DNA of 56,952 nucleotides from Macrostomum lignano (Eukaryota): assembly GCA_002269645.1 (NCBI GenBank), contig NIVC01003510.1:1-56952 (forward strand). Reading direction: 5' to 3'. Positions 38,091 through 47,665 of this stretch are shown here, one piece after another. The number at the start of each line of letters is the position of its first letter. Positions within the stretch are counted from its first letter, which is position 1. Under the pieces are notes generated by a model. It saw only the letters and a list, made by a program, of their open reading frames with translations. It searched no databases and was not told the DNA's origin. Made by a program: the position numbers and the translations under genes.

Positions 38091-38593
38091 CCGTGGTGCG
38101 CGCCACCGTAAAGTCCCTTGCAAAGCTGTCAGTTAACAACGCAAGCCTTAAGGCCACACTGCTGGAACTTCAAACACGGTCTTACACAGTTAGAACTGCT
38201 ATAGAATTTCTGCATGTTGCATTGCAGAAACTCTTTAGGCTGTGGAGTCTCTCTGTCTTTCTGCAATTGAATTCCTTTAATTTTTTCTCATAGAAACTGT
38301 TAGAATATAAATTAAGTTAATTGCCTATTAACCTTTGCGTCGCTCAAATACAGCCCAGCTAAGTCTCGACTTCCCCCGCCCCTAGGAGAAGGCAAGTGAG
38401 GGAGGGGCGCACACAGCCTCTGACTGCCGCTCCATCTAGCGGTGTCGAGTTTCCTTAGCGCCCGCACCCTCTTTCTCTCCTTCACATCCGGTTCAGGGCC
38501 GCCCAGTGCTATTTAGCCCCGGCCATTTGGGTAATGAGGCCTGCCTCCGCCTCTCTTATCGCCCTCTCCGCTACCCCCGCGCCTGCTTGGTAG

Positions 38594-39360
38594 GGCGGCG
38601 ACGCTGCCGGCCTGCTGGAGACCAGCCGCCAGTTCGACTCAATCGACACGGACGACCAGCCGACACGGCGTAGCGGCGACACCGTCGCCCCGCTTGGCGA
38701 CTCTGTCGACGCCGCCAATCTCCGACATGACGATGACGAGAACGAAGATTCCTCGTCCTCGGACAGCAAGCCGGGCGGCCAGAATGTTGTCCTGGACTTT
38801 GAGCAGCTCTCCGCCGCTGTAGCCGACGCCGACGACCAAGACAATGACGAGGAGGACGAGGACGGCGACGGCGACAGGTTCGGCATCGTCAAGGACGTCG
38901 ACGACATCGAGGAGGACCTTGAATACGACCGCAGCGTGGCCGAGGAGATCTCCACCGCCGAGGCGTCGGACAAGTACGACTCGGACTTCGAGACAGAGGC
39001 GGCGCCCACCTACACGCAGGACTTCGACGACTTCGACGGCGGCGAGGCGACGGACCGCGGGCCTGGCGGGGACAGCGAGGCTCAGCGGCGCAGCAGCTGG
39101 GATTCGAACAGCGTCACCGAGAAGGCGACTACTTCGACATCGTCGTCTTCCAGCACGTCAAGATCGACGGTCAGAGAGGAGATTCGAACCACGGCCCGCG
39201 ATGAGAGCAGCCGGAGGGCTCGCAGCCGGAGCAGCAGCAGCGATCGAACGGAGAGCCGCTCTGCCGCCACCTCGAGTGCGACGGCCACCACCACCAGCAG
39301 CAGCAGCGGCGGCGACCGCCGTCGCAGCCGTCGCTATCGCAGTCGGAGTCCGAGTCCTCG
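38594..39360 (+). CDS. C19orf44: C19orf44-like exon: acidic, then Ser/Arg-rich region
   Basis: GGTAG|GGC phase-0 acceptor matches the upstream donor; open frame GGDAAGLLE...YDSDFE...RSRSPSP; phase-2 donor CG|GTACGG. Confidence 0.8.
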
Positions 39361-39557
39361 GTACGGACTTTGTTTGAATATCGCGTTCGGATAAATTTCT
39401 GCCGCTTTTCATTATCTAGCCTACTCAGAGTAGGCTGTGTGCATTTTTTGCCATTTTTTCTTTCTGAGAGAACTGCTTTAGCGCTTAGGAGTATCGCGCC
39501 ACTGCAGTTCCTGTATTTCAACCAGTTGACTCTCTTAATTGCTAAAAACTTTGCCAG

Positions 39558-39930
39558 GCGCCACCGCCGACACATCCGGGACGTTGAGGTGCAGACGCAG
39601 CCGGAGGGGACTTCGCTCCGGCCCGGCGGCGGCCTCGGCTACCAGTGGGACCCGGCGGGCGTCGGCCAGGCGGCGGCTGCTCACGGCCTCGGCCTGGGCT
39701 CGGTGGACCCGACGCCCGTGGCCAGCCTGGCCGTGTCAGCCGATGCCCTGGAGGCCGTCACCGCCTATTCGCCAGCCAGCGCCGCTCTGAACTCGCTGGT
39801 GCGCGACCAGCTGGCCCTGACCGCCGCCTTTTTGGCCTCGCAGCGCCGCATTTACCAGGGAGCCGTGGAGGCGCTGCGGGGGGAGCCCACCGGTCGGAAC
39901 CGGTACACCACGCTGCAGGACACGCGTGAG
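39558..39930 (+). CDS. C19orf44: C19orf44-like exon: DUF4614 domain
   Basis: HIRDVEVQT...YQW...VDPTPVASLAVSADALEAVTAYSPASAALNSLVRDQLALTAAFL...RYTTLQDTRE matches the recalled C19orf44 C-terminal domain. Confidence 0.9.
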
Positions 39931-39959
39931 GTCAGCTGTCTGGCTTTTTGATCAGCCTC

Positions 39960-40310
39960 ACTCTCTGCCCTCCCTCCCAGACCTACCTGACCTTCCTCTC
40001 TGCCCTCCCTCCTTGACCTTCCTCTCTGCCCTCCCTCCCTGACCTCCCGCTCTGCCCTCCCTCCCTGACCTCCCGCTCTGCCCTCCCTGACCTCCCGCTC
40101 TGCCCTCCCTCCCTGACCTCCCTGATCTCCCTCCTTGACCTCTCTGACCTCCCTCTCTGCCCTCCCTCCCTGACCTCCCTGACCTCCCTCCCTGACCTCC
40201 CTGACCTCCCTGACCTCCCTGACCTCCCTCTCTGCCCTCCCTCCCTGACCTTCCTATCTGCCCTCCATCCCTGACCTCCCTCTCTAATCTCCCTTCTTGA
40301 CCTGCTTCTC
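39960..40310. repeat. Pyrimidine-rich 13 bp-based repeat CTCCCTCCCTGAC/CTCCCTCTCTGCC
   Basis: Directly visible; related to the 37205-38090 array. Confidence 0.92.
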
Positions 40311-40815
40311 CGATTTCCCTCTCCGGATGGCGTTTTTTTCTGATCTCTAAACAAAATGTTACTTTCGATACATATCGTTCGTGTTTTTTTAGAGTCAATC
40401 TGTAAGACTGCTTAATAGGAAGTCCGTAAGAGTCCATGTGAAGTCTAGCACCTCCGTTTTTACTGATGTAATATTTTTCAGACAATCATAGTTTCTGTTT
40501 ATTTAAAAAATTAACCCCACTGCCAACTTTATTGGTCTCGTGATTAGCAATATTGTATATATTAGCTCCGCCAGTGGCCCACTGCACAAGCATTGAGCAA
40601 TGCTTGCACTGTGCACAAGTGAGGAGCAAAGAGAGGCTCTTTATCTATCAAATCAAATGAATAGCTGAGCGGGTTGACTACTCTAGCTAGCGCCAGTCCC
40701 CAGTGATCGAGCCTAAACTGACTGCAGGGCTTGGGCTTGGGCTCAGTAAAAGTTCAAACTAAATAATAAAAAAACTCTCGACAGTCAGTGCGAATCAGCC
40801 AGCGGGTGCAGCCCC

Positions 40816-41781
40816 TTAGCTGTTTTGGCGGGCCTGCTTCTTGCAGATGAAGCGGTGCCTCTCGTGGCACTCGACCGTCTTCATGGCGCGGTCCTGCAGC
40901 AGCACGCAGTTCACCTTGTCGCCGGTGTCGGGGTATCCGGGATGCCAAGCTGGGAAGTCGTTATGGAAATCCACCAGCCTGTCGGCCCATTTGTAGCAGA
41001 TCTTTTCACCAGTGCTGAAGTCGATGCGGCACGGGTTCACCTTGATGAGGCCGACCCAGGTCTGCACCGGGCAGCCCCGGCTGTCCAGGTCCAGGAGGCT
41101 GAGGGCCCGCAGCTCCTGCTTGGTGTAGATGGACACCATGTTGGCTCCCCGGCCGCTGCAGTAGAAGGTGGCCTCGATGAAGTTGACTTCAATCTTCGGC
41201 ATCAGGTAGCAGAAGTTGCCGACCAGCTTCCAGCCGGGGTCGCAGGTTCGATTCTGGCCGCCGCCGTTGTCCTGGTACTTGGCCTTGCAGATGTAGCGCT
41301 GCTTGGCGTGGTAAACATTGTTGACCAGGCTGAGGTTGTGCACCGATATGAGCGGCTGGTGGATGCTGCTGATGCTGCTGAAGTCGTGGGTGTGGTAGCC
41401 ATTGGGGCTGACGCTGTTGTCTGTCCAGCGGTAATTGTCTGGCTGGTGCAGCTTGTCCACGTTCACCGCGTACTTGCCGGTCCAAGCGTTCTCGCAGTAG
41501 CTCAGCTTGGCCACGAAGGAGTTCTCAGCTTCATCGGCTATGCTCACCAGGTGGCCGTCGCGCCTGCGGCACTGCTGCTCGGCCAGGTACCAGTACTGCT
41601 GCTGCTCTTTGTACTCGTAGCAGTAGTCTTTGTACCGAATCCAGCCTTCGCGGCACTGGTCAAAGAAGACCTCCACGCTGACTTGAGAGACCGCCTGCGG
41701 CTGAGGCGCGGCCATCCCCTGTGCGAGAGCGACTGCCAGCGCCAGCAGCGCCACGAGAATAGCGATGCACTTTCCTTGCAT
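40816..41781 (-). CDS. Secreted intronless protein with two C-type lectin-like domains (321 aa)
   Basis: Signal peptide MQGKCIAILVALLALAVALAQG. CxxGW...CY...A..C...HLVSI..E.EN.FV and C.PGW...CY...MVSI...WVGL...W..GYPD...CV...C...FICK motifs. Confidence 0.95.
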   Translation of the reverse strand: MQGKCIAILVALLALAVALAQGMAAPQPQAVSQVSVEVFFDQCREGWIRYKDYCYEYKEQQQYWYLAEQQCRRRDGHLVSIADEAENSFVAKLSYCENAWTGKYAVNVDKLHQPDNYRWTDNSVSPNGYHTHDFSSISSIHQPLISVHNLSLVNNVYHAKQRYICKAKYQDNGGGQNRTCDPGWKLVGNFCYLMPKIEVNFIEATFYCSGRGANMVSIYTKQELRALSLLDLDSRGCPVQTWVGLIKVNPCRIDFSTGEKICYKWADRLVDFHNDFPAWHPGYPDTGDKVNCVLLQDRAMKTVECHERHRFICKKQARQNS

Positions 41782-41833
41782 TTTTGAGTCAGCTGAGCAC
41801 TTTCTCAGCGCTTTTGCCTAGCCGACTGCTGCC

Positions 41834-41841
41834 TATTTATA
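41834..41841 (-). promoter_or_regulatory. TATA box (TATAAATA) of the lectin gene
   Basis: About 55 nt upstream of ATG 41781 on the minus strand. Confidence 0.65.
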
Positions 41842-42104
41842 ATAACACTGAGCCGGTCTTATCGCAGCCTGCAGCTCAAGGATATATTCGGTATATAATC
41901 CAAAGTTTACCTGCTGTCTCCTTGGCGACTCTATTTGTGAATTTTTTGCCTCGTGCTTCGGTGTTTCAGTCACTTTTGTCCCTGTCGCCTTTGACTCTGC
42001 TTTTTAAAAGAAGAAGACAGAATGTTAAGTTTTTTATCGCTACGTAGATAAGAGAAGGCTTGTGCGAGTCCAACCAGCGGACACCCCCGCCTGCCTCATT
42101 GCAG

Positions 42105-42173
42105 TTTATCGAGCGCAATCGGCCCAAATCCTTGACCATGGCCGAGGCCCTGCGCCTGGTGGAGGCCGAGTGA
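42105..42173 (+). CDS. C19orf44: C19orf44-like last exon FIERNRPKSLTMAEALRLVEAE*
   Basis: CATTGCAG|TTT phase-0 acceptor. Continues TLQDTRE-FIERNRP like the recalled [23 protein letters not shown]; TGA at 42171-42173. Confidence 0.88.
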   Translation, partial: FIERNRPKSLTMAEALRLVEAE

Positions 42174-42470
42174 AATTTTTTGCGGACGTCCAGCGAACAG
42201 TTTTAGTTTTTTTGAAGAATTCAGTTCTACCAATAGATTCCACATTTCTCTGTGATCAATTATATCCGCTTCATATTGCGCTGTGTTTCCGCTGTGCGGT
42301 CAGACCATTTTTTACTACTGTAGTAATGAGAAGCCAAATTTATAATTTTTTATTTCTAATAAGTAGTTACCTATCGAACGGTTTTGTTTGTTCATTATTC
42401 TATTGTTTTTTTGTTAGATGTTTTTTATAATTTGGTTGTTTGTATTTTTTAAGTATATAAGTATATATCC

Positions 42471-42569
42471 AGGTTAGATTAGCAATCCATTCTATTCCTG
42501 CACCCATGATAGGTTAGATTAGCAATCCATTCTATTCCTGCACCCATGATAGGCTAGATTAGCAATCCA
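42471..42569. repeat. 40-bp tandem duplication x2.5 (AGGTTAGATTAGCAATCCATTCTATTCCTGCACCCATGAT)
   Basis: Copies start at 42471, 42511 and 42551. Confidence 0.9.
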
Positions 42570-42703
42570 GTTCTTAGTTGCCATGCCGGCTGAAATCGCA
42601 TGCATGCAACAATAGTCTATGGCTAAAACCCCATCCTCACTGTATTGCAGCCGCCGGTAGCAGCTCGCGACCCGGCGCCCCTCCTCACCCCCAGCAGCCA
42701 GCG

Positions 42704-43699
42704 ATGAGCTTCGGCGTTGGCGGCAGCAACGGCACTGCGGGCAGCCGCAGGCGCAGTCGCAGCCACAGTCGCCACCGCGATTTGAAGCAACCGCCGGCGC
42801 CAACACCGCAGCAGCTGACGGTGACCCTCAGCCGGGCGCCGGACTTCGGCCTCGGTATCGCCGTATCCGGCGGAATCGACAGCCTGCCGGTTGACGGCGG
42901 TGGCGGCGGCGACCGCGGCGACGAGGCCAGCGGTCTGTTCATTAGCGACATCATCCAGGGCGGTCCGGCCGAGGGTCGCCTGCGCATTGGCGACCGCCTG
43001 CTGGCCTGCAACGGCGTCTCGCTGCGCCGTGCGACCCACGACGCCGCCGTTGCAGAGCTGCAGCGAAGCCACGCCGTCCGCCTGCTTATCGAGCGGCGGC
43101 CTCCAGCGCGTCTCGGCAATGGCACCGATGACGACGATGACGACTCGGCCGGCAGCGACGACGCAGATGATCTGCCCGGCGAGAACAATGGCGCTGGCAG
43201 GTCGGCGATCGACCTTGAAAACGACGAAACCGGCGAGGACGGCGCCGGCGGCAGCTCGCTGCTGGTGCACGTGACCTTCGTTGTCCGCTCGCCGGACCTG
43301 CTGAACAGCCAGCTGGTGGTGTCCAAGTCACTGGACAGGGTGAACGGCCTGCAGCTCAGCCAGCTGGCCTCGCCCTCCCGCCTCACCCGCCTGCTCGACT
43401 CCGCCCAGTCGCTGAGCCTTCAATTCCGACAGGAGCCTCAGCAGTTGTCGCCCGAGCGGCTGGGTAACGGGCAGCACCGTGCCGAACCGGTTCAGCTGCC
43501 CGCGCCTTCCCAGCACCGCCTGGAGCCTCCGCCGCAGCCGTCGATTGGCGCCGGTCGGCATCGTTCCGTTGAGGCGCTGGCGCCGCCGCCGCACGCGCCA
43601 ACCGACGCTGAGCAGGTTCGCCAGGTCACGCCCGATCCCGACGGCTCCATTGGCGTCCGGCTGGACGGCGGAAACGCTGTTGGCATCTTTGTGCGGCAG
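42704..43699 (+). CDS. TJP1: ZO-1/TJP (polychaetoid-like) MAGUK exon 1: PDZ1, degenerate PDZ2, start of PDZ3
   Basis: LTVTLSRAPDFGLGIAVSGGID...ISDIIQGGPAEGRLRIGDR matches ZO PDZ1; SIGVRLDGGNAVGIFVRQ matches PDZ3; donor CAG|GTGAGA. Confidence 0.9.
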
Positions 43700-43920
43700 G
43701 TGAGATTCTAGATGTCGGGTGAGATTCTAGATCTCTAGGGTGAGATTCTCTATCTCTAGGGTGAGATTCTCTATCTCTAGGGTGAGATTCTTTTTCTCTA
43801 GCGTGAGATTCTATATCTCTAGGGTGAGATTCTATATCTCTAGGGTGAGATTCTATATCTCTAGGGTGAGATTCTATATCTCTAAGGTGAGATTCTATAT
43901 CTCTAGGGTGAGATTCTAGT
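43700..43920. repeat. Minisatellite, 21 bp unit GGGTGAGATTCTATATCTCTA, about 10 copies, starting at the splice donor
   Basis: Directly visible. Confidence 0.95.
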
Positions 43921-44079
43921 GTTTGTTTAGCGTAATATTGTATCTGTTATCTCTAGAATGTGTTTTATCTCCCTATAGGAATTGTAAATCCTGTATGGTG
44001 AGATTTGCGATCTCCTGAGTCAAACTCCATATTGCCGTCTGATTTCAATTCATTACTCCTCAATCTCGCTCCACCTCAG

Positions 44080-44676
44080 GTGGCCCCCGGCGGTCCCGCC
44101 GACCGAGCCGGCGTCCGACCCGGCGATCGCCTCGTTGCCGTCGACCGGCGCTCGCTGGTCCGCGCCACCAAGGAGGAGGCCCTGCTGGCCCTGCTGCCGC
44201 AGTCCATGCCGCCCCGGCCGCTCCGCCTGTCGGTGTTACCGGACCCCGCCGGCTACCGGGCCTTCGCCTCCGGCCGCCAGCCCGGCGACCGGTTCCACGT
44301 GCGCGCCCACTTCAACCACGCCAAGCCGGCGCCGAACGAGGCGGTCATTCGCCGAGGCGACGTCTTCCTGGTGCAGGACACCCTGGCCGGCGGCGTAGTC
44401 GGCGCCTGGGAGGCCGTGCGCGTGCACCCGCCGCCAGCCGAGGCCGCCGTCAGCCTGATCCCCAACCAGTTCCGGGCGGAGCAGCTGGCCATGGCCGCTG
44501 CGGCCGCCGGCCGGGACTTGGCCACCGCGTTCCCGCCCTACGAGCGGGTGGCCCTGCGCCGGGCGGCCTTCCCCAGGCCCGTGGTCGTGTTCGGCCCCTT
44601 CGCCGACATCGTCAGGCGGCACCTGCTGGACAGCCTGCCGGAGAAATTTGAGCTGCCGCCACAGACGGCGCAGTCG
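44080..44676 (+). CDS. TJP1: ZO-like exon 2: PDZ3, SH3, start of GK
   Basis: GDRFHVRAHF...RGDVFLVQDTLAGGVVGAWEAVR...LIPNQFRAEQLA...FPPYERVALR...RPVVVFGPFAD; phase-0 boundaries CTCAG|GTG and TCG|GTAAGA. Confidence 0.95.
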
Positions 44677-44689
44677 GTAAGAATTTCGG

Positions 44690-44706
44690 GGAGAGAGAGA
44701 GAGAGA

Positions 44707-44769
<63 letters not shown>

Positions 44770-44960
44770 TGTGGGTGAGTGAGTGAGTGAGTGAGTGAAT
44801 GAGTGAGTGAGTGAGTGAATGAGTGAGTGAGTGAGTGAATGAGTGAGTGAGTGAGTGAATGAGTGAGTGAGTGAGTGAATGAGTGAGTGAGTGAATGAGT
44901 GAGTGGGTGAATGAGTGAGTGAGTGGGTGAATGAGTGAGTGAGTGAATGAGTGAATGACA
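44690..44960. repeat. Compound microsatellite (GA)n(GT)n(GAGT/GAAT)n filling an intron
   Basis: Directly visible. Confidence 0.97.
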
Positions 44961-44984
44961 GAATCAGAACCGCAAATCTGGCAG

Positions 44985-45360
44985 GTGAAGCTGTCGGCCA
45001 TCAAGTCGGTGATGGTTCGCGGCCGGCACCCGGTGCTGGACCTGAACCCGGTGGCCGTGGACCGGCTCTGCTACGCCCAGCTGGCCCCCATCGTGCTGCT
45101 GATCCGCGCCAGCAACCGTCAGGTCATCAAGAAGCTCCGGCGGGCTCCCGGCTCCAAGCGGCTGCACCAGGAGTGTCTCCGGCTGGAGCAGCTGTGCGGC
45201 CACCTCTTCACAGATGTGTGCACCGTGGAGCAGCCGGACCTGGGCCACGTGCTGCGCGGGCTGGAGCGGCTCATCGACATGCAGCAGGGCCAGCTGCTCT
45301 GGCTGGGCGAGGCACAGGGCGACCGGCCGCCCAGGGTTCTGTCCGAGCCCAACCTGACCC
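44985..45360 (+). CDS. TJP1: ZO-like exon 3: guanylate-kinase-like domain
   Basis: VKLSAIKSVMVRGRHPVLDLNPVAVDRLCYAQLAPIVLLIRA...KKLR...IDMQQGQLLWLGE; phase-1 donor C|GTGAGC. Confidence 0.93.
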
Positions 45361-45386
45361 GTGAGCTTCGGGCTGGCTTGCGTGCT

Positions 45387-46378
45387 CCTCAGTTGCTGAC
45401 CCGCCGCCAGCCTCCCAGATCCTCAGTTGCTGGGCCAGCCTCCCAGATCCTCAGTTGCTGGGCCAGCCTCCCAGATCCTCAGTTGCTGGGCCAGCCTCCC
45501 AGATCCTCACTTGCTGGGCCAGCCTCCCAGATCCTCACTTGCTGGGCCAGCCTCCCAGATCCTCAGTTGCTGGGCCAGTCTCTCAGATCCTCAGTTGCTG
45601 GGCCAGCCTCCCAGATCCTCACTTGCTGGGCCAGCCTCCCAGATCCTCAGTTGCTGGGCCAGTCTCTCAGATCCTCAGTTGCTGGGCCAGCCTCCCAGAT
45701 CCTCAGTTGCTGGGCCAGCCTCCCAAATCCCCAGTTGCTGGGCCAGCCTCCCAGATCCTCAGTTTCTGGGCCAGCCTCCCAGATCCTCACTTGCTGGGCC
45801 AGCCTCCCAGATCCTCAGTTGCTGGGCCAGTCTCTCAGATCCTCAGTTGCTGGGCCAGCCTCCCAGATCCTCACTTGCTGGGCCAGCCTCCCAGATCCTC
45901 AGTTGCTGGGCCAGCCTCCCAGATCCTCAGTTGCTGGGCCAGCCTCCCAGATCCTCAGTTGCTGGGCCAGTCTCTCAGATCCTCAGTTGCTGGGCCAGCC
46001 TCCCAGATCCTCAGTTGCTGGGCCAGCCTCTCAGATCCTCAGTTGCTGGGCCAGCCTCCCAGATCCTCACTTGCTGGGCCAGACTCTCAGATCCTTAGTT
46101 TCTGGGCCAGCCTCCCAGAGTGTCAGTTGCTGGGCCAGCCTCCCAGATCCTCAGTTTCTGGGCCAGCCTCCCAGATCCTCAGTTGCTGGGCCAGCCTCCC
46201 AGATCCTCACTTGCTGGGCCAGCCTCCCAGATCCTCACTTGCTGGGCCAGCCTACTAGATCCTCACTTGCTGGGCCAGCCTCTCAGATCCTCAGTTTCTG
46301 GGCCAGCCTCCCAGATCCTCAGTTTCTGGGCCAGCCTCCTAGATCCTCAGTTGCTGGGCTAGCCTCCCAGATCCTCAG
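45387..46378. repeat. Minisatellite, 28 bp unit CCTCCCAGATCCTCAGTTGCTGGGCCAG, about 35 copies; last unit supplies the acceptor
   Basis: Directly visible. Confidence 0.97.
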
Positions 46379-47202
46379 CCGCAACTTCAGCACAACCCAT
46401 GAGTCACGCGGCTCCAACTCCCGTTCGCCACCCGCCAGAGCCAAGTCCGGACGAGGAGCTGCCGACCTTCTCCACCCTGCCGATGGCCGGCGGCAGCGGT
46501 CGCCACTCGCAGCGCTTGACGAGCCGACCGACCACCCTCGTCGACCATCGCGACGCAACCGACGAGGACGACGGCGAGTTCTTGCTGGACACCAGCCCGC
46601 CGGCGCACCTGCGACCCGCTGCATTGGCGGCCGACACGCCGTCGAGCAGCGTCGGTTCCCGGGACGAAGTCCTGCGCCGCCGCGTCGACCTGCTGGTTGG
46701 CCAGGCGCGCACGTCGCGGATCGGCAACGGCGCCGACGCTGAGGACCCCTACGACAATGTGCAGCCAGGGGCCTCTGTGGCACCTTCGACAGCATCGGCG
46801 GTCGTCGTAGTAGACAGGTGCAGCGGCCTGTTCGACGCCTCCGGCGGCGCCCTCCGCTGCCCGCGCTCCGGCGTCGCCCTGGAAGTGCCGCCTGGCGCCC
46901 TGCCCGCGGGCCGGCTGCGCCAGCTTCGACTGGCCGCGCTCAGCCTGGACGGCGGCCGGCGCCGAATTGTTGGCGCCAGTCCGCCTGGCGCTGCTTTCCT
47001 GCGCCCGCTGACGCTCCGCCTGCCGGCCGAGTGGGCGGACGCTGCACTGGTCGCCATCGACTCGTCGACCTCCGCCGCCGCTGACGAGGCCTTTGCCGAA
47101 GCAGCCCGACTGAAGGAGCTGCCGGGCTGGCGCCGCTGCCCGGACGAGCGCGGCCTCGGCGCTGGGGGTGTCTGCCTCGTTGGTGACCGATTCGGGCAGT
47201 AG
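46379..47202 (+). CDS. TJP1: ZO-like exon 4: short linker plus C-terminal ZU5 domain
   Basis: CCTCAG|CC restores frame (phase 1). SGLFDASGGALRC...GVALEVPPGALP...PPGAAFLRPLTLRLP...VCLVGDRFGQ* matches ZO ZU5. The joined model is 931 codons. Confidence 0.9.
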
Positions 47203-47288
47203 CGCCCTGCTGCTACCTTGGTGTCTGTCTGTCTTCTTCACTGGTTGCGCTGCTTTTCTTTTTTCAGTTTATCAGTTCTTCAAAATAG

Positions 47289-47665
47289 CGCCGCTTTCCG
47301 CCACTTCCGGTTCCTCGAACCTGGCCGCTTTCCGCCACTTCCGGTTCCTCAAACCTGGCCGCTATCCGCCACTTCCGGTTCCTCAAGCCTAGCCGCTTTC
47401 CGCCACTTCCGGTTCCTCTAATCGGGCCTTTATCTGCCACTTCCGGTTCCTCAAACCTGGCCGCTATCTGTCACTTCCGTTTCCTCAAACCTGGCCGCTA
47501 TCCGCCACTTCCGGTTCCTCGAACCTGGCCGCTTTCCGTCACTTCCGGTTCCTCAAGCCTAGCCGCTTTCCGCCACTTCCGGTTCCTCATATCGGGCCTT
47601 TATCTGACACTTCCGGTTCCTCATATCTGGCCTTTATCTGACACTTCCGGTTCCTCTAATCGGGC
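47289..47665. repeat. Minisatellite, about 34 bp unit GCCGCTTTCCGCCACTTCCGGTTCCTC(G/A)AACCTG, 11 copies
   Basis: Directly visible, just downstream of the ZO-like stop. Confidence 0.95.

Noticed and set aside
40825-41787. 320-aa plus-strand ORF antisense to the lectin; similar shadow ORFs at 17750, 24869, 46387, 54418 and 55509
   Set aside because: Expected antisense shadows of GC3-rich codons, with no recognisable domains
44955-46742. 595-aa ORF reading through the ZO intron-3 minisatellite
   Set aside because: The 1018-nt intron has canonical ends and splicing restores ZU5; read-through reflects a stop-poor repeat, though retention cannot be excluded
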